A DNA stretch of 64,000 nt from a candidate division FCPU426 bacterium (GTDB lineage Bacteria; Oederibacteriota; Muellerivitia; Muellerivitales; Muellerivitaceae), in the NCBI GenBank assembly GCA_963847625.1, contig CAWKAR010000006.1, forward strand, positions 1-64,000, written 5' to 3'. How positions within the stretch are numbered: position 1 is the stretch's first letter; each line of letters starts with the position of its first letter. Below are positions 29,201-37,562 of this stretch, piece after piece. Under the pieces are notes generated by a model. That model was not told the origin of the DNA. It searched no databases and worked only from the letters and a program-made list of their open reading frames with translations. Position numbers and translations under genes: made by a program.

Positions 29201-30727
29201 AAGCTGGATGTTAAAAGTAGTCGTACCCGTTCCGTTGGAATGGACGGTCGCCCTCATGGTGTACCATTGGCCCACCTGGATGCTGAAGGGCGTGGTGAAA
29301 GAAATGGCTGCATTGGAGGACTGGAGCGGATAGATATTGTTTTTCTGAACGAAGAGGTTACCCGGGTTGGTATCAATGGAAATGGCCGCCTTGAGGGTAA
29401 TTCCTTGGGAAGGGTTGCACGCCAAAATCATGTGGGCATCCGCGCCACTTGTAGCGCCAGCCGCCCCTGTGGGGATCTGCATGTCTCCCTCGACTATGAT
29501 CGTGTCGCAAATTTCCGCGCCTGGGACACTGCGGATTAATTCAGGATAATTGCCATAATTGCCGACGGAATTATAGGGCACAATGGCTTCGATATAATGG
29601 TTAAACAGTGTATCCGATTGGACCGTCCAGGATCCCAGAGAGTTTCCAGGACCGGGCCCGGGATAAACATCGTATAAGGTATTGTCGTAACCCCAGGCCA
29701 CCGAGCTTCCCGTCGTATTGTATCCGGTGTTGATGTTGTCATAAGAGTCGTAGAACTGCAGATTCTGACCAGCTGCAGTCCAATCGAGGGTATAGGTGAC
29801 GGTGTCTCCATTTGACATATTGGTTGCCGACTCACTTTTGGTCAAGGCAAGCTGGGGGATTTGGACTGTCACATTCGCCGGACCGGCCGAACTAGTGTCA
29901 CAACCCGCGCTATTGAGAGTGGCGGAATTCTGGATAATGGTTCCAGTCGTCACCCCCGCGTTGACACTCACCAGGGCCCAAAGAACACCGCTCTGGGGAA
30001 TGGAAACGTTGCCCAAATCCCAGCTGACGCTGTTGGAGCTTCCGTTATAAACGGCGTTCGGGCCGGCGGATACATAGGTGACGCTGGCCGGGAGTGAATA
30101 CACAACGTTACTGCTTCCCGAGTTCACAAAGTTGTAATCAATGTCGAAAAGGTAAAGGCCATCTGGCGCGGTGGTGACCCCTTCCGTCAAGACGGTGGCC
30201 GTGCAATTGGGGGGTGGGAGTAATATGCTTACAGAAGCTGAGACTTGGGATTCCATGTTCCCAAGGTCCCAGCATTTGGCGTCGCAGCCGCTCACTCCCA
30301 CGATGAAATTATAAGTCGCACCAGGTGTCAAGCTCGAAGGAACCGTCACGGTGAAAACTTGGGTGACAGGGGTAATGCCACCCGGATTTACATAATAGCC
30401 GCCAGTGTCTCCGCCTGCATCCGAACTGTCACCATTCCCGGGCATACCAGTGTAAATAACGAAATCTTGGCCTGATGTGTTGCATTGTTGGAAGCTGTTT
30501 TGATTGAGATTGAACCCACCCAAAAAATAGACTTTTCCCCAGTTCAGGGTTTGTTGAAACGCCACTGTTACTGAAAAAGATTGGCCCAAACCGACAGAAG
30601 TGGACGAAAAGTCCATGCTTAAAATACTGGTGCCACTGGAACAAGCATAAAGTTGTGCAACCGGGAGCAAAACCCATAATCCAATCGCGCATAAAGTTCG
30701 CTTTGTCTTGGAAAATGAAATAAACAT
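26225..30727 (-). CDS. Large secreted multidomain protein with T9SS-like C-terminal sorting domain
   Basis: Signal peptide, DUF11-like Ig units (LALTKS...GDTVTYTL), lectin-like beta-sandwich domains, a glycine-rich domain, Thr/Pro linkers and a C-terminal WPNPFNP...IYTVSGE...WDGRN...GIYYY...KLLVV. Confidence 0.8.
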   Translation of the reverse strand: MFISFSKTKRTLCAIGLWVLLPVAQLYACSSGTSILSMDFSSTSVGLGQSFSVTVAFQQTLNWGKVYFLGGFNLNQNSFQQCNTSGQDFVIYTGMPGNGDSSDAGGDTGGYYVNPGGITPVTQVFTVTVPSSLTPGATYNFIVGVSGCDAKCWDLGNMESQVSASVSILLPPPNCTATVLTEGVTTAPDGLYLFDIDYNFVNSGSSNVVYSLPASVTYVSAGPNAVYNGSSNSVSWDLGNVSIPQSGVLWALVSVNAGVTTGTIIQNSATLNSAGCDTSSAGPANVTVQIPQLALTKSESATNMSNGDTVTYTLDWTAAGQNLQFYDSYDNINTGYNTTGSSVAWGYDNTLYDVYPGPGPGNSLGSWTVQSDTLFNHYIEAIVPYNSVGNYGNYPELIRSVPGAEICDTIIVEGDMQIPTGAAGATSGADAHMILACNPSQGITLKAAISIDTNPGNLFVQKNNIYPLQSSNAAISFTTPFSIQVGQWYTMRATVHSNGTGTTTFNIQLWQRGNPSSVVTLNYTDNFLPQPTCSGGWRAGWQADETAGTDWYSNLKVFGPGPIVNAAVTDFVPAGVSYIGSGAGGIYDSGTNMISWRAPSAFPVTMFSFDNPINWWGTVSCPGPIVNQFSMAADGIPVTTSAAVTLTLSGSCNTPTPTSTPTPPPITQLCENAGKDGVGTLSGVVNTYYPGTGSVLAGANSIPVGAPTGSGTAISTGDLLLVVQMQGASINSNNSISYGDGSTGSGYTALNGVGSYEYVMATGPVAGGSVPIQGVYGGGLLHTYIASPASTAQGQAIYQVIRVPQYSQATITTGLTAKAWDGSTGGILAIDVAGALNLNGSTVSVDGLGFRGGGGRQLNGASGGTGTDYVSLSTIAYSDSKGEGIAGTPHWVFNWVTALDVDTLQAYQEGYPNGSFARGAPGNAGGGGTDTHPSDNGNNSGGGGGGNGGAGGLGGNSFYDDYVEGGLGGAVFPEAANQVVMGGGGGAGDQNGTVNGSSSGGTGGGIIFVRACTVTGSGTFSANGVQAPDNPGMDAAGGGGAGGSVLVAVTQGTLAGLTVNATGGRGGNDAQNGPNHGPGGGGGGGVILLSATASGTNVSGGIAGLTSYNSGPTNYGALAGQNGIVATNITQAQIPGAQICSCLASPTATPTPTNTPTPTPTNTSTPNPASCCPNLGSVLFQDNYSSNASLSNYNFYNGDAGTPDSNYPNYFSASGGNLISTANPSYSAEQLLATNANFNPSSTDYTIQCDVMSAQVAGIFGIIFRGQTGADYYSFQINYGQWQFEKHTSGGWSYLSTASTPAYAAGSWVHMKVVCCGNNYTCYLNFNDGNGDRLIFNITDSTFTTGAVGIRSGYLNSPNQNKFENYVVNSCSPSAAPTPTPTVTPTPTITSTPTNTPTFTPTITPTPTSTPVGLHVWPNPFNPTYAVNGVLKAYLCPAGSFMEIYTVSGEWVNTEKEVNGLIEWDGRNNFGNMISAGIYYYLIKKGDQVILKGKLLVVMP

Positions 30728-31404
30728 TGGGTCTCCCGGCTATTTAAAACGTTTCCTTATAATTTTGGTAAAAAAACGATTAACTCCTACGAAAAAACCA
30801 ACCGATTAGGATCTTCTTTGATTGAATTTAATGAAAGTATAACAAATCAGGAAAAAATGAAGGATTTTAAAAAGACTGAAATTGCTTTTATTTTCAATCT
30901 TTAATCACTGGCCATAAACGAATAAGAATTTTCCCCGCTGCAAAAGCTGATCGCCCTGCTTAACCACGTAAAAATAAATACCCGACGAGACCATGGTTCC
31001 TAAACTATTCCGGCCGTCCCAGGTAGCCGTCCCATGGACTTCCGTCACGGTCTGAACCCATTCACCGGCCACCGTGTATATCCCCACGGTGGAACCTCGC
31101 GGGAGGAAGGAAACTTTCAAAACCCCTCCCACGGCAAAGCTGGGGTTGTAGGGATCGGGCCAAAGGCGGATAGGCGGGGTGGAGGTCGGAGTAGCAGTCG
31201 GCGTGGAGGTGGAGCTGGGAGTCGGAGTGGCAGTTGGCGTGTAGGTAGGGGTGGGAGTCGTGGTCATAGTGGGAGTATCCGTGACGGTAGGAGTTTGAGT
31301 GGGCGTGGGAGTTGATGTGGGGGTGCAGGTATTCCCGCCCGTTATATAGCATGGAACGGGAGTTGCGCCTGTCACCGCCCCGGAGTTGTTCCAGGCTACG
31401 TCAT

Positions 31405-32484
31405 CTAGTGTAGTGCGTCTAACGCTTCTTTACATTTGGTAATTTTGGCCAAGATTTTTTCTGCCGAAGCCGTCCACATAAAAACGTGCGGTTTTTGGTT
31501 ATTGGCTTCAATGAACTGCCTGATAGCCTCTATCAAATCCGGCACGCTATTGAAGGAACCACGGCGAATCCGTTTGTCCGTGATTTCGCGGAACCAACGC
31601 TCCACCATGTTGAGCCAGGACGAGGAAGTAGGAATGAAGTGAAGGCAGAATCGCGGGTGGCGTTTTAGCCAAGATTGGACCCTGGGATGTTTGTGAGTCC
31701 CGTAGTTGTCCACGATCAGATGCAAAGCCAAGTCAGAAGGTGTCTTGACGTCAATGATTTGCAAAAAACGGATGAATTCCTGATGCCGGTGCCGAGGCAT
31801 ACAATCTCCGATGACTTTGCCATCCAACATACTTAAAGCGGCAAACAGAGTTGTTGTCCCGTTGCGTTTGTAGTCGTGGGTTTGACGGGCTGGAATGCCC
31901 GGACGCAATGGCAGCATAGGTTGAGTGCGATCCAAAGCCTGAATCTGGCTCTTTTCGTCCACACATAGAACTAACGCCTTGTCGGGTGGATTCAAATAAA
32001 GCCCCACCACATCGTGGAACTTTTCTAAGAACCGCTTGTCTTTGCTGAGCTTGAAGGTTTCGATTAAGTGTGGTTTTAGGTTGTGCCGCTTCCAGATTCT
32101 TCGGATTGTGGCTTCGCTGAGACCCTTTGCTTTGGCCATGCTGCGCGTGCTCCAGTGGGTGGCGTTGGCAGGGGTTGTGTGAAGGGTAGCTTCAATAACT
32201 GCGGAGATTTGTTTCTGAAGAATGCGGGGGATACGGCCAGGACGAGGAGCGTCCTTCTCCAATCCGGGCAATCGTAGGGCCAGAAACCTCTGCCTCCACA
32301 GTTGAACAGTGGGACGGGAAATTTTCAATTTTCGGGCGATTTCCTGGCTAAAAACTCCATTGGCCGCCATTTGAATAATCCGGGCCCGTTGGACTAGCCG
32401 TAAGGGAAGTTTTCTCCCCGTGGCCCATGTATCCAACGTGGAGCGTTCCTCCGGTGACAAAGCGATGGCTTCTGCGTGCCTCAT
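31405..32484 (-). CDS. IS630-family transposase
   Basis: HTH, HWSTRSMA, LCVDEKSQIQALDR, HDYKRNGT, LIVDNYGTHK and SSWLNMVERWF motifs. Confidence 0.96.
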   Translation of the reverse strand: MRHAEAIALSPEERSTLDTWATGRKLPLRLVQRARIIQMAANGVFSQEIARKLKISRPTVQLWRQRFLALRLPGLEKDAPRPGRIPRILQKQISAVIEATLHTTPANATHWSTRSMAKAKGLSEATIRRIWKRHNLKPHLIETFKLSKDKRFLEKFHDVVGLYLNPPDKALVLCVDEKSQIQALDRTQPMLPLRPGIPARQTHDYKRNGTTTLFAALSMLDGKVIGDCMPRHRHQEFIRFLQIIDVKTPSDLALHLIVDNYGTHKHPRVQSWLKRHPRFCLHFIPTSSSWLNMVERWFREITDKRIRRGSFNSVPDLIEAIRQFIEANNQKPHVFMWTASAEKILAKITKCKEALDALH

Positions 32485-32542
32485 TTACAAATATGATAGG
32501 CAAGATCTCTTGTTAAGTAAAGTTATTTAGGACGCACTACAC
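31408..32542 (-). mobile_element. IS630-family insertion sequence
   Basis: Perfect inverted ends gtgtagtgcgtc (31408-31419) / gacgcactacac (32531-32542), flanked by duplicated TA (31406-31407, 32543-32544) within target atcTAgat. Confidence 0.93.
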
Positions 32543-33384
32543 TAGATATCCGTAGCAAAAATGGCCACCCCATTCGCAATCGAATGCCGTGTATTTAATA
32601 GTGACCTGCTGCCCAACATAAGCGCCGAAATCGTAAACATATTGTGTCCAAGGCAAATGCGCCCAAGTGACCCCGCTGTCCACATCTCCGTCATAGACCA
32701 AAGTCACGGGATAAATGGGTGGCATGAGCGGAGGAACGAGTGGAGCTGTAACATCTGGCGGGGGATAATCAACATACCAGCTATATTGTTGGGTATAAAC
32801 CGTTTGTGCTCCCAACAGGATATCAAACTGAACTAAAGAGTCGGCTTGGGAGGAGGTATCTTCAGTCAAATAATGGTAACCTTCGAGAACCGCCGCAAAC
32901 CAAACTGTCAATACCGTCTGGTTGGCAGGCACCGTGTCAGTTTGCTGGATACTGGACCAATCCTCGTGGTATTCATCTCCCCACCCCGAATAAAGCACCG
33001 CCGCATAATTACCCGAATTAACCTGATTCAAACAAATTGTTGGGGCGGGGCAAATCGCAGGATTACCGAAAGCGGTTCCGTTTGTGAGAAGTGCGGCACC
33101 AGGGCCGACCACGTTTACATACGGTGCGGACGACGGGTATGTTCCCGTTCCTGTTTGAATCGTCCACCCGCTGGTATCACCCGTCTCAAAACCCGTGTTA
33201 ACCCAAGCTAGGGCCCCTGATGGCAGAAAAAGTGACAAAGAAAAAACCACCATAAAGGAAAAAAAAATGATTTTTATCGGATGTCTGGACCAGCTTAGAA
33301 ATAAAACCATTGAAGGATTCTTCCTTAAATAAATGATGATTAAAAATGGAAACTGGAACATCCTCGAAATACTTTAATTATATC

Positions 33385-33903
33385 CTAAATATCCAATCTT
33401 TTCAGGCTGAGAAGAGGTTTAAAATCTAATATCCGTTTACCAGTAAGAACTTTCCTTGTTGAAAACCCGGTCCCCCAGCGCATTGACCGGCAGGCCAGGT
33501 AGCCGTCGGTGCTGTGGGGTTCGTAGCTGATCCCGTAAACCGCGACCGGGTTCAGGGCCGTCAGGTGGATTCCCAGTTGGCTGCCCGCGTCGGACATATC
33601 CAATTCGGCCGAAAGGGGAATGGAGAGAACGGTGGTGGAACCGGCCGGCATCGAGGATGTGGCCGAGTAGCCGATCCCCGGGATCTGTACCTGTCCGCTC
33701 GTGTTGATTTCGCTGGTGACCAACAGGCTGTCAGACCGGCCGGTGTCGGTGTCCAAATGATCCGCATGGGGAAAGGCCAGCCAAAAATCCGTCCCCAAAT
33801 TCCCGATGGAACCCCAGGAGGGGCCAACAACAATGAGAAGGAAAGCGAAGGCCATTGCGCAAGCCGGGTTTATCGCGTGTTTCCGCCGGGCAAGATTCAA
33901 CAT
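33385..33903 (-). pseudogene. Truncated, frameshifted remnant of an IgGFc-binding N-terminal-domain protein
   Basis: Signal peptide, GTDFWLAF and GIHLTALNPVAVYG...STDGYLA. Adding one base near 33492 restores LALPVNALG, after which similarity ends and a stop soon follows. Confidence 0.65.
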
Positions 33904-33961
33904 GGCGAAATCATAATAACCGCTTCAAAACCGAAACCCCGGCGCGAATAGGAAAAAGGCC

Positions 33962-33996
33962 AAAAAAAAGCCCCCTGTAACAGCAACAGGGGGCTT
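33962..33996 (-). terminator. Rho-independent terminator of glnA
   Basis: Stem aagccccctgt / acagggggctt with a minus-strand U-tract, 13 bp after the glnA stop. Confidence 0.85.
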
Positions 33997-34009
33997 GGTC
34001 GAAACCCGA

Positions 34010-35425
34010 TTAGATATCGTGGTAAAGCACGAATTCGTAAGGATGAGGCCGCAAGCGGATCGGGTCGATTTCCTTGGTTTTCTTGAAATTGATCCATTCC
34101 TCGATCAAGTCGTCGGTAAAGACCCCGCCTTTCAACAGGTACTCGTGGTCATCTTCCAGCGCCTCCAGGGCCTCCGGCAGGGAGCCCGGAACGTTCTTGA
34201 CCTTCTTGAGCTCGCGCGGCTCCAAGTCGTAAAGGTTGACGTCCATCGGTTTGCCCGGATCGATCTTGTTCTGGATTCCGTCCAGGCCCGCCAAAAGCAT
34301 GGCCGGAAAGGCCAGGTAGGGATTGCAGGACGGGTCCGGCGGCCTGAACTCGACGCGTTTAGCCTTGGGACTCCTGGAATATAGGGGGATCCGGCAGGCG
34401 GCCGAGCGGTTGCGCTGGCTGTAGACCAGGTTCACCGGCGCCTCAAAGCCCGGGGTCAAACGCTTGTAGCTGTTGACCGTGGGGCAGATGAAGGCGCAGA
34501 GGGAAGCAGCGTGCTTCAAGAGGCCGCCGATGTAATAAAGCCCGTTCTGTGAGAACCCGGCGTAGCCCTTCTCGTCATACATGACGTTGGTGTTTCCTTT
34601 CCAGATAGACTGGTGCACGTGCATGCCCGAACCGTTGTCCCCGAAAAGGGGCTTCGGCATGAAGGTGGCCACCATGTTGTGGCGGCGCGCCACGTTCTTG
34701 ACCACGTACTTGAATTTCAAAAGCTTATCGGCCATGCTTACCATGCTGTCGAAGACCATGTCGATCTCGGCCTGGCCGGCCGTGGCTACCTCATGGTGGT
34801 GCTTCTCGATCGGCACCCCGATCTCCTGCATGAGGGTGGTCATCTCGGAACGGACGTCCTGCTGGCTGTCGTTGGGCGGAACAGGAAAATACCCTTCCTT
34901 ATTGCGGATCTTGTAGGCCAGGTTGGGATACTCGTCGCGGCCCATGTTCCACAGCCCCTCGGTGGAATCCACGGAGTAGTAACCGGCGTTCATGGTCTGG
35001 TCGAATTTCATGTCGTTGAACACGAAGAATTCGGCTTCCGGCCCCCAATAAGAGACGTCGGCGATGCCGGTGGACTGGAGGTACTTCTCGGCTTTTTGCG
35101 CGATGTAACGCGGGTCGCGGGAATAGGCCTGATGGGTGACCGGGTCCGTCACGTTGCAGATCAAGACCAGGGTGGTGACCTCGAAAAAGGGGTCGATGAA
35201 GGCGGTGTTAGGGTCCGGAATCAGGAGCATGTCGGACTCGTGAATGGCCTGGTATCCACGGATCGAGGAGCCGTCAAAGCCGCTGCCATCCTTGAAAACG
35301 TCCTCGTCGAAGAACTTCACCGGCTGGGTCCAGTGCTGCCAGACGCCGGGAAGGTCGATGAAACGCAAATCCACGTATTTCACGTCCTTCTGCTTGATTA
35401 AATCCATTATTTCCTTGGGGGTCAT
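34010..35425 (-). CDS. glnA: Glutamine synthetase type I (beta)
   Basis: FDGSSIRG, GPEAEFF, HHEVATAGQAEI, FMPKPLFGDNGSGMHVH, SYKRLTPGFEAP, RNRSAACRIP and NLYDL adenylylation motif. GGAGG precedes ATG 35425. Confidence 0.98.
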   Translation of the reverse strand: MTPKEIMDLIKQKDVKYVDLRFIDLPGVWQHWTQPVKFFDEDVFKDGSGFDGSSIRGYQAIHESDMLLIPDPNTAFIDPFFEVTTLVLICNVTDPVTHQAYSRDPRYIAQKAEKYLQSTGIADVSYWGPEAEFFVFNDMKFDQTMNAGYYSVDSTEGLWNMGRDEYPNLAYKIRNKEGYFPVPPNDSQQDVRSEMTTLMQEIGVPIEKHHHEVATAGQAEIDMVFDSMVSMADKLLKFKYVVKNVARRHNMVATFMPKPLFGDNGSGMHVHQSIWKGNTNVMYDEKGYAGFSQNGLYYIGGLLKHAASLCAFICPTVNSYKRLTPGFEAPVNLVYSQRNRSAACRIPLYSRSPKAKRVEFRPPDPSCNPYLAFPAMLLAGLDGIQNKIDPGKPMDVNLYDLEPRELKKVKNVPGSLPEALEALEDDHEYLLKGGVFTDDLIEEWINFKKTKEIDPIRLRPHPYEFVLYHDI

Positions 35426-35578
35426 CTCAATTCCTCCTCGATTATTTAGAACTTTTTGAAATTTTTCGGCGTTACCGGTTTGGGCCAACAACGGCAATGT
35501 ATAGACCCAAGGGGCTGAAAAATCGCAACAGTATATCGCCCGGAAAGCCTTCAACAAAAACAATGCACTACCCTTTTA

Positions 35579-35595
35579 AGCAAAAGTCCTGCCAG
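35579..35595 (-). promoter_or_regulatory. sigma54 (-24/-12) promoter of glnA
   Basis: Minus strand CTGGCAGGACTTTTGCT gives GG-N10-GC with TGGCA and TTGCT boxes, next to a sigma54 activator gene. Confidence 0.8.
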
Positions 35596-35733
35596 AGAGG
35601 AGCAAAATTAATTTTGTTGTTTCCATTATTTCATTTTCTGATATTTTTTCAGGCGTTTCGGGCCAATAAAAATGAAATCAGACAAATTCCAGAGGAACTT
35701 TTCGAATCTTAAAACATTTTTAGCAGTTTGAGG

Positions 35734-37344
35734 TTAAGACAAAAAGGTAGGTTTATATCCAATTTTGTATTTCTTTAGCCTGTATCCTAACTGCCGGGGG
35801 GTGATACCAAGGAGTTTGCAGGCCCTGGACTGGACTCCACCGCATTTTTCCATGGCTTCCATGACCCGCTTCTTTTCCAGGTCCGAGAGGGTTTCTTCGC
35901 GATCTGGGGAAAATGCCAATCCCGCGTCATCCTTTTCCACCACGGCCCCCAAGGAGCCGGAACCACCCAAGCGCAGGCCCAAGGGTTGGGGGACTTCCTC
36001 GAGGGTGATTTCATTCCCCTTGGCCAGGACCGCCATGCGCTCGATGGTATTTTCCAATTCACGGACATTTCCCAGCCAAGGGTAGTTCACCAGCCGTCCG
36101 ATGGCCTCGGTGGTAATCCGAAAATGGGTGCGGTTATCCCGGTTGTACTTTTCCAGGAAATACCCGATCAGCAGGGGGATGTCCTCCTTGCGGTCCCTCA
36201 AGGGCGGAAGGAAGATGGGCAACACGTTCAGACGGTAGTATAGGTCCTCCCGGAACTTCCCCTCGCCGATGGCCTTTTCCAGGTTCCGGTTGGTGGCGGC
36301 GATGATCCTGACATCCGAGGTGATGGTTTTGTTTCCACCCACCCTCTCGAATTTCCTTTCCTGCAGCACCCTCAGGAGCTTGACCTGGGTGGAGAGCGTG
36401 ATGTCCCCCACCTCATCCAGGAATAAGGTGCCCCCGTCCGCCAGCTCGAACCGCCCCTTCACCATCTCGGAGGCACCAGTATAGCTCCCCTTTTCGTGGC
36501 CGAACAACTCGCTTTCCAGCAGGGTCTCGGGTAGGGCCGCGCAGGAGACCTTGATGAAGGGCCTTTCCCCCCGGGGACTGTTGTAATGGATGGCCCTGGC
36601 GATGAGTTCCTTCCCGGTGCCCGACTCCCCCCGGATGATGACGGTGGACCGGGTGGGGGCCACCTTTTGAACGCACTTGTAAATCTCCATCATGGACCCC
36701 GACTCTCCTACGATGTTTTCCAGCTTGTACTTGCCCTTCAACTCGGTGTGGAGTTCGCGGTTCTCCTCCATAAGGTTTTCTTTTTCCCGCTCGATCATCT
36801 GGTGAAGCTTCAGGTTCTGGCCGATGAGAGAGGCCACGGTGGAGAGAAGACGGACGTCCTCCTCGCAGGAGATATCAGAGTCCTTGAAGAGCCGGTCCAC
36901 CGACAGGACCCCCAAGGTTTCCCCCTTGACTTTGATGGGCACGCAGAAGAAGGAAATATTCTGCCGCTTGATGTCACCCCGGGCCTTGGTGCGGTTGAGG
37001 AACAGCGGTTCCTTCCCGATGTCGGGAATGAACATGGGTTCCCCTTTTTCCACCACCTTTCCTGTAACACCCTCCCCAATGCGGTACTTGCCCCGCGCGA
37101 CTTCCTCCTTGGTGAGGCCGTGTGCGGCCTTGATGGAAAGCTGGCCCGTTTTCTTGTCGAGAATCGTGACGGTGCCTCGGTTCATGTCCAGAAGGTGTGA
37201 AAGGGTCTCCAGGACCTGATTTAAGGCCGACTTGAAGTCCAGGGTGGAAGCCATCTTGTGGGTAATCTCATAAAGGGCGGAGAGTTCCTGGATTTTCCGA
37301 AGTAATTTTTTTGGGGAATCTTTAGGTAATTCCGTCATATTCAT
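35734..37344 (-). CDS. NifA-like GAF-AAA+-HTH sigma54-dependent transcriptional activator
   Basis: N-terminal GAF, GESGTGKE, ESELFGHEKGSYTGA, LFLDEVG, FREDLYYRLNV, WLGNVRELEN and Fis-type HTH. Confidence 0.93.
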   Translation of the reverse strand: MNMTELPKDSPKKLLRKIQELSALYEITHKMASTLDFKSALNQVLETLSHLLDMNRGTVTILDKKTGQLSIKAAHGLTKEEVARGKYRIGEGVTGKVVEKGEPMFIPDIGKEPLFLNRTKARGDIKRQNISFFCVPIKVKGETLGVLSVDRLFKDSDISCEEDVRLLSTVASLIGQNLKLHQMIEREKENLMEENRELHTELKGKYKLENIVGESGSMMEIYKCVQKVAPTRSTVIIRGESGTGKELIARAIHYNSPRGERPFIKVSCAALPETLLESELFGHEKGSYTGASEMVKGRFELADGGTLFLDEVGDITLSTQVKLLRVLQERKFERVGGNKTITSDVRIIAATNRNLEKAIGEGKFREDLYYRLNVLPIFLPPLRDRKEDIPLLIGYFLEKYNRDNRTHFRITTEAIGRLVNYPWLGNVRELENTIERMAVLAKGNEITLEEVPQPLGLRLGGSGSLGAVVEKDDAGLAFSPDREETLSDLEKKRVMEAMEKCGGVQSRACKLLGITPRQLGYRLKKYKIGYKPTFLS

Positions 37345-37562
37345 CCTCAAAGGTTGTTTTTTAGTTCGTCACCTCGTCCAAGCTTCATCCTTTAACAAAA
37401 CAGGATAATAGTCCGATTTCGGCGATTTTCTACAATTTTGTCGACTAATCGCGCCGAAAGGCTTTTTTTAACACTTTCTATATATATTTTTCGTCCAAAC
37501 CCCATCGTACTTCCGAACGAGAGATTAGCCAAATAGCTGTGTTTATGCTAAAAGGGTCCCCT

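Larger units (their letters stand above)
30905..33361 (-). pseudogene. T9SS-like cargo gene interrupted by IS630
   Basis: Removing the IS and one TA joins ORF 32537-33361 and ORF 30905-31375 in frame (...HFCYGYL-DDVAWNNSGAVTGATPVP...). This gives about 439 aa: signal peptide, NTGFETGD CBM-like domain, Thr/Pro linker and CTD. Confidence 0.9.

Noticed and set aside
35734..37344. Nitrogen fixation locus (nifA)
   Set aside because: No nif structural genes are in the window. The architecture fits NifA but the context points to glnA, so no symbol was assigned.
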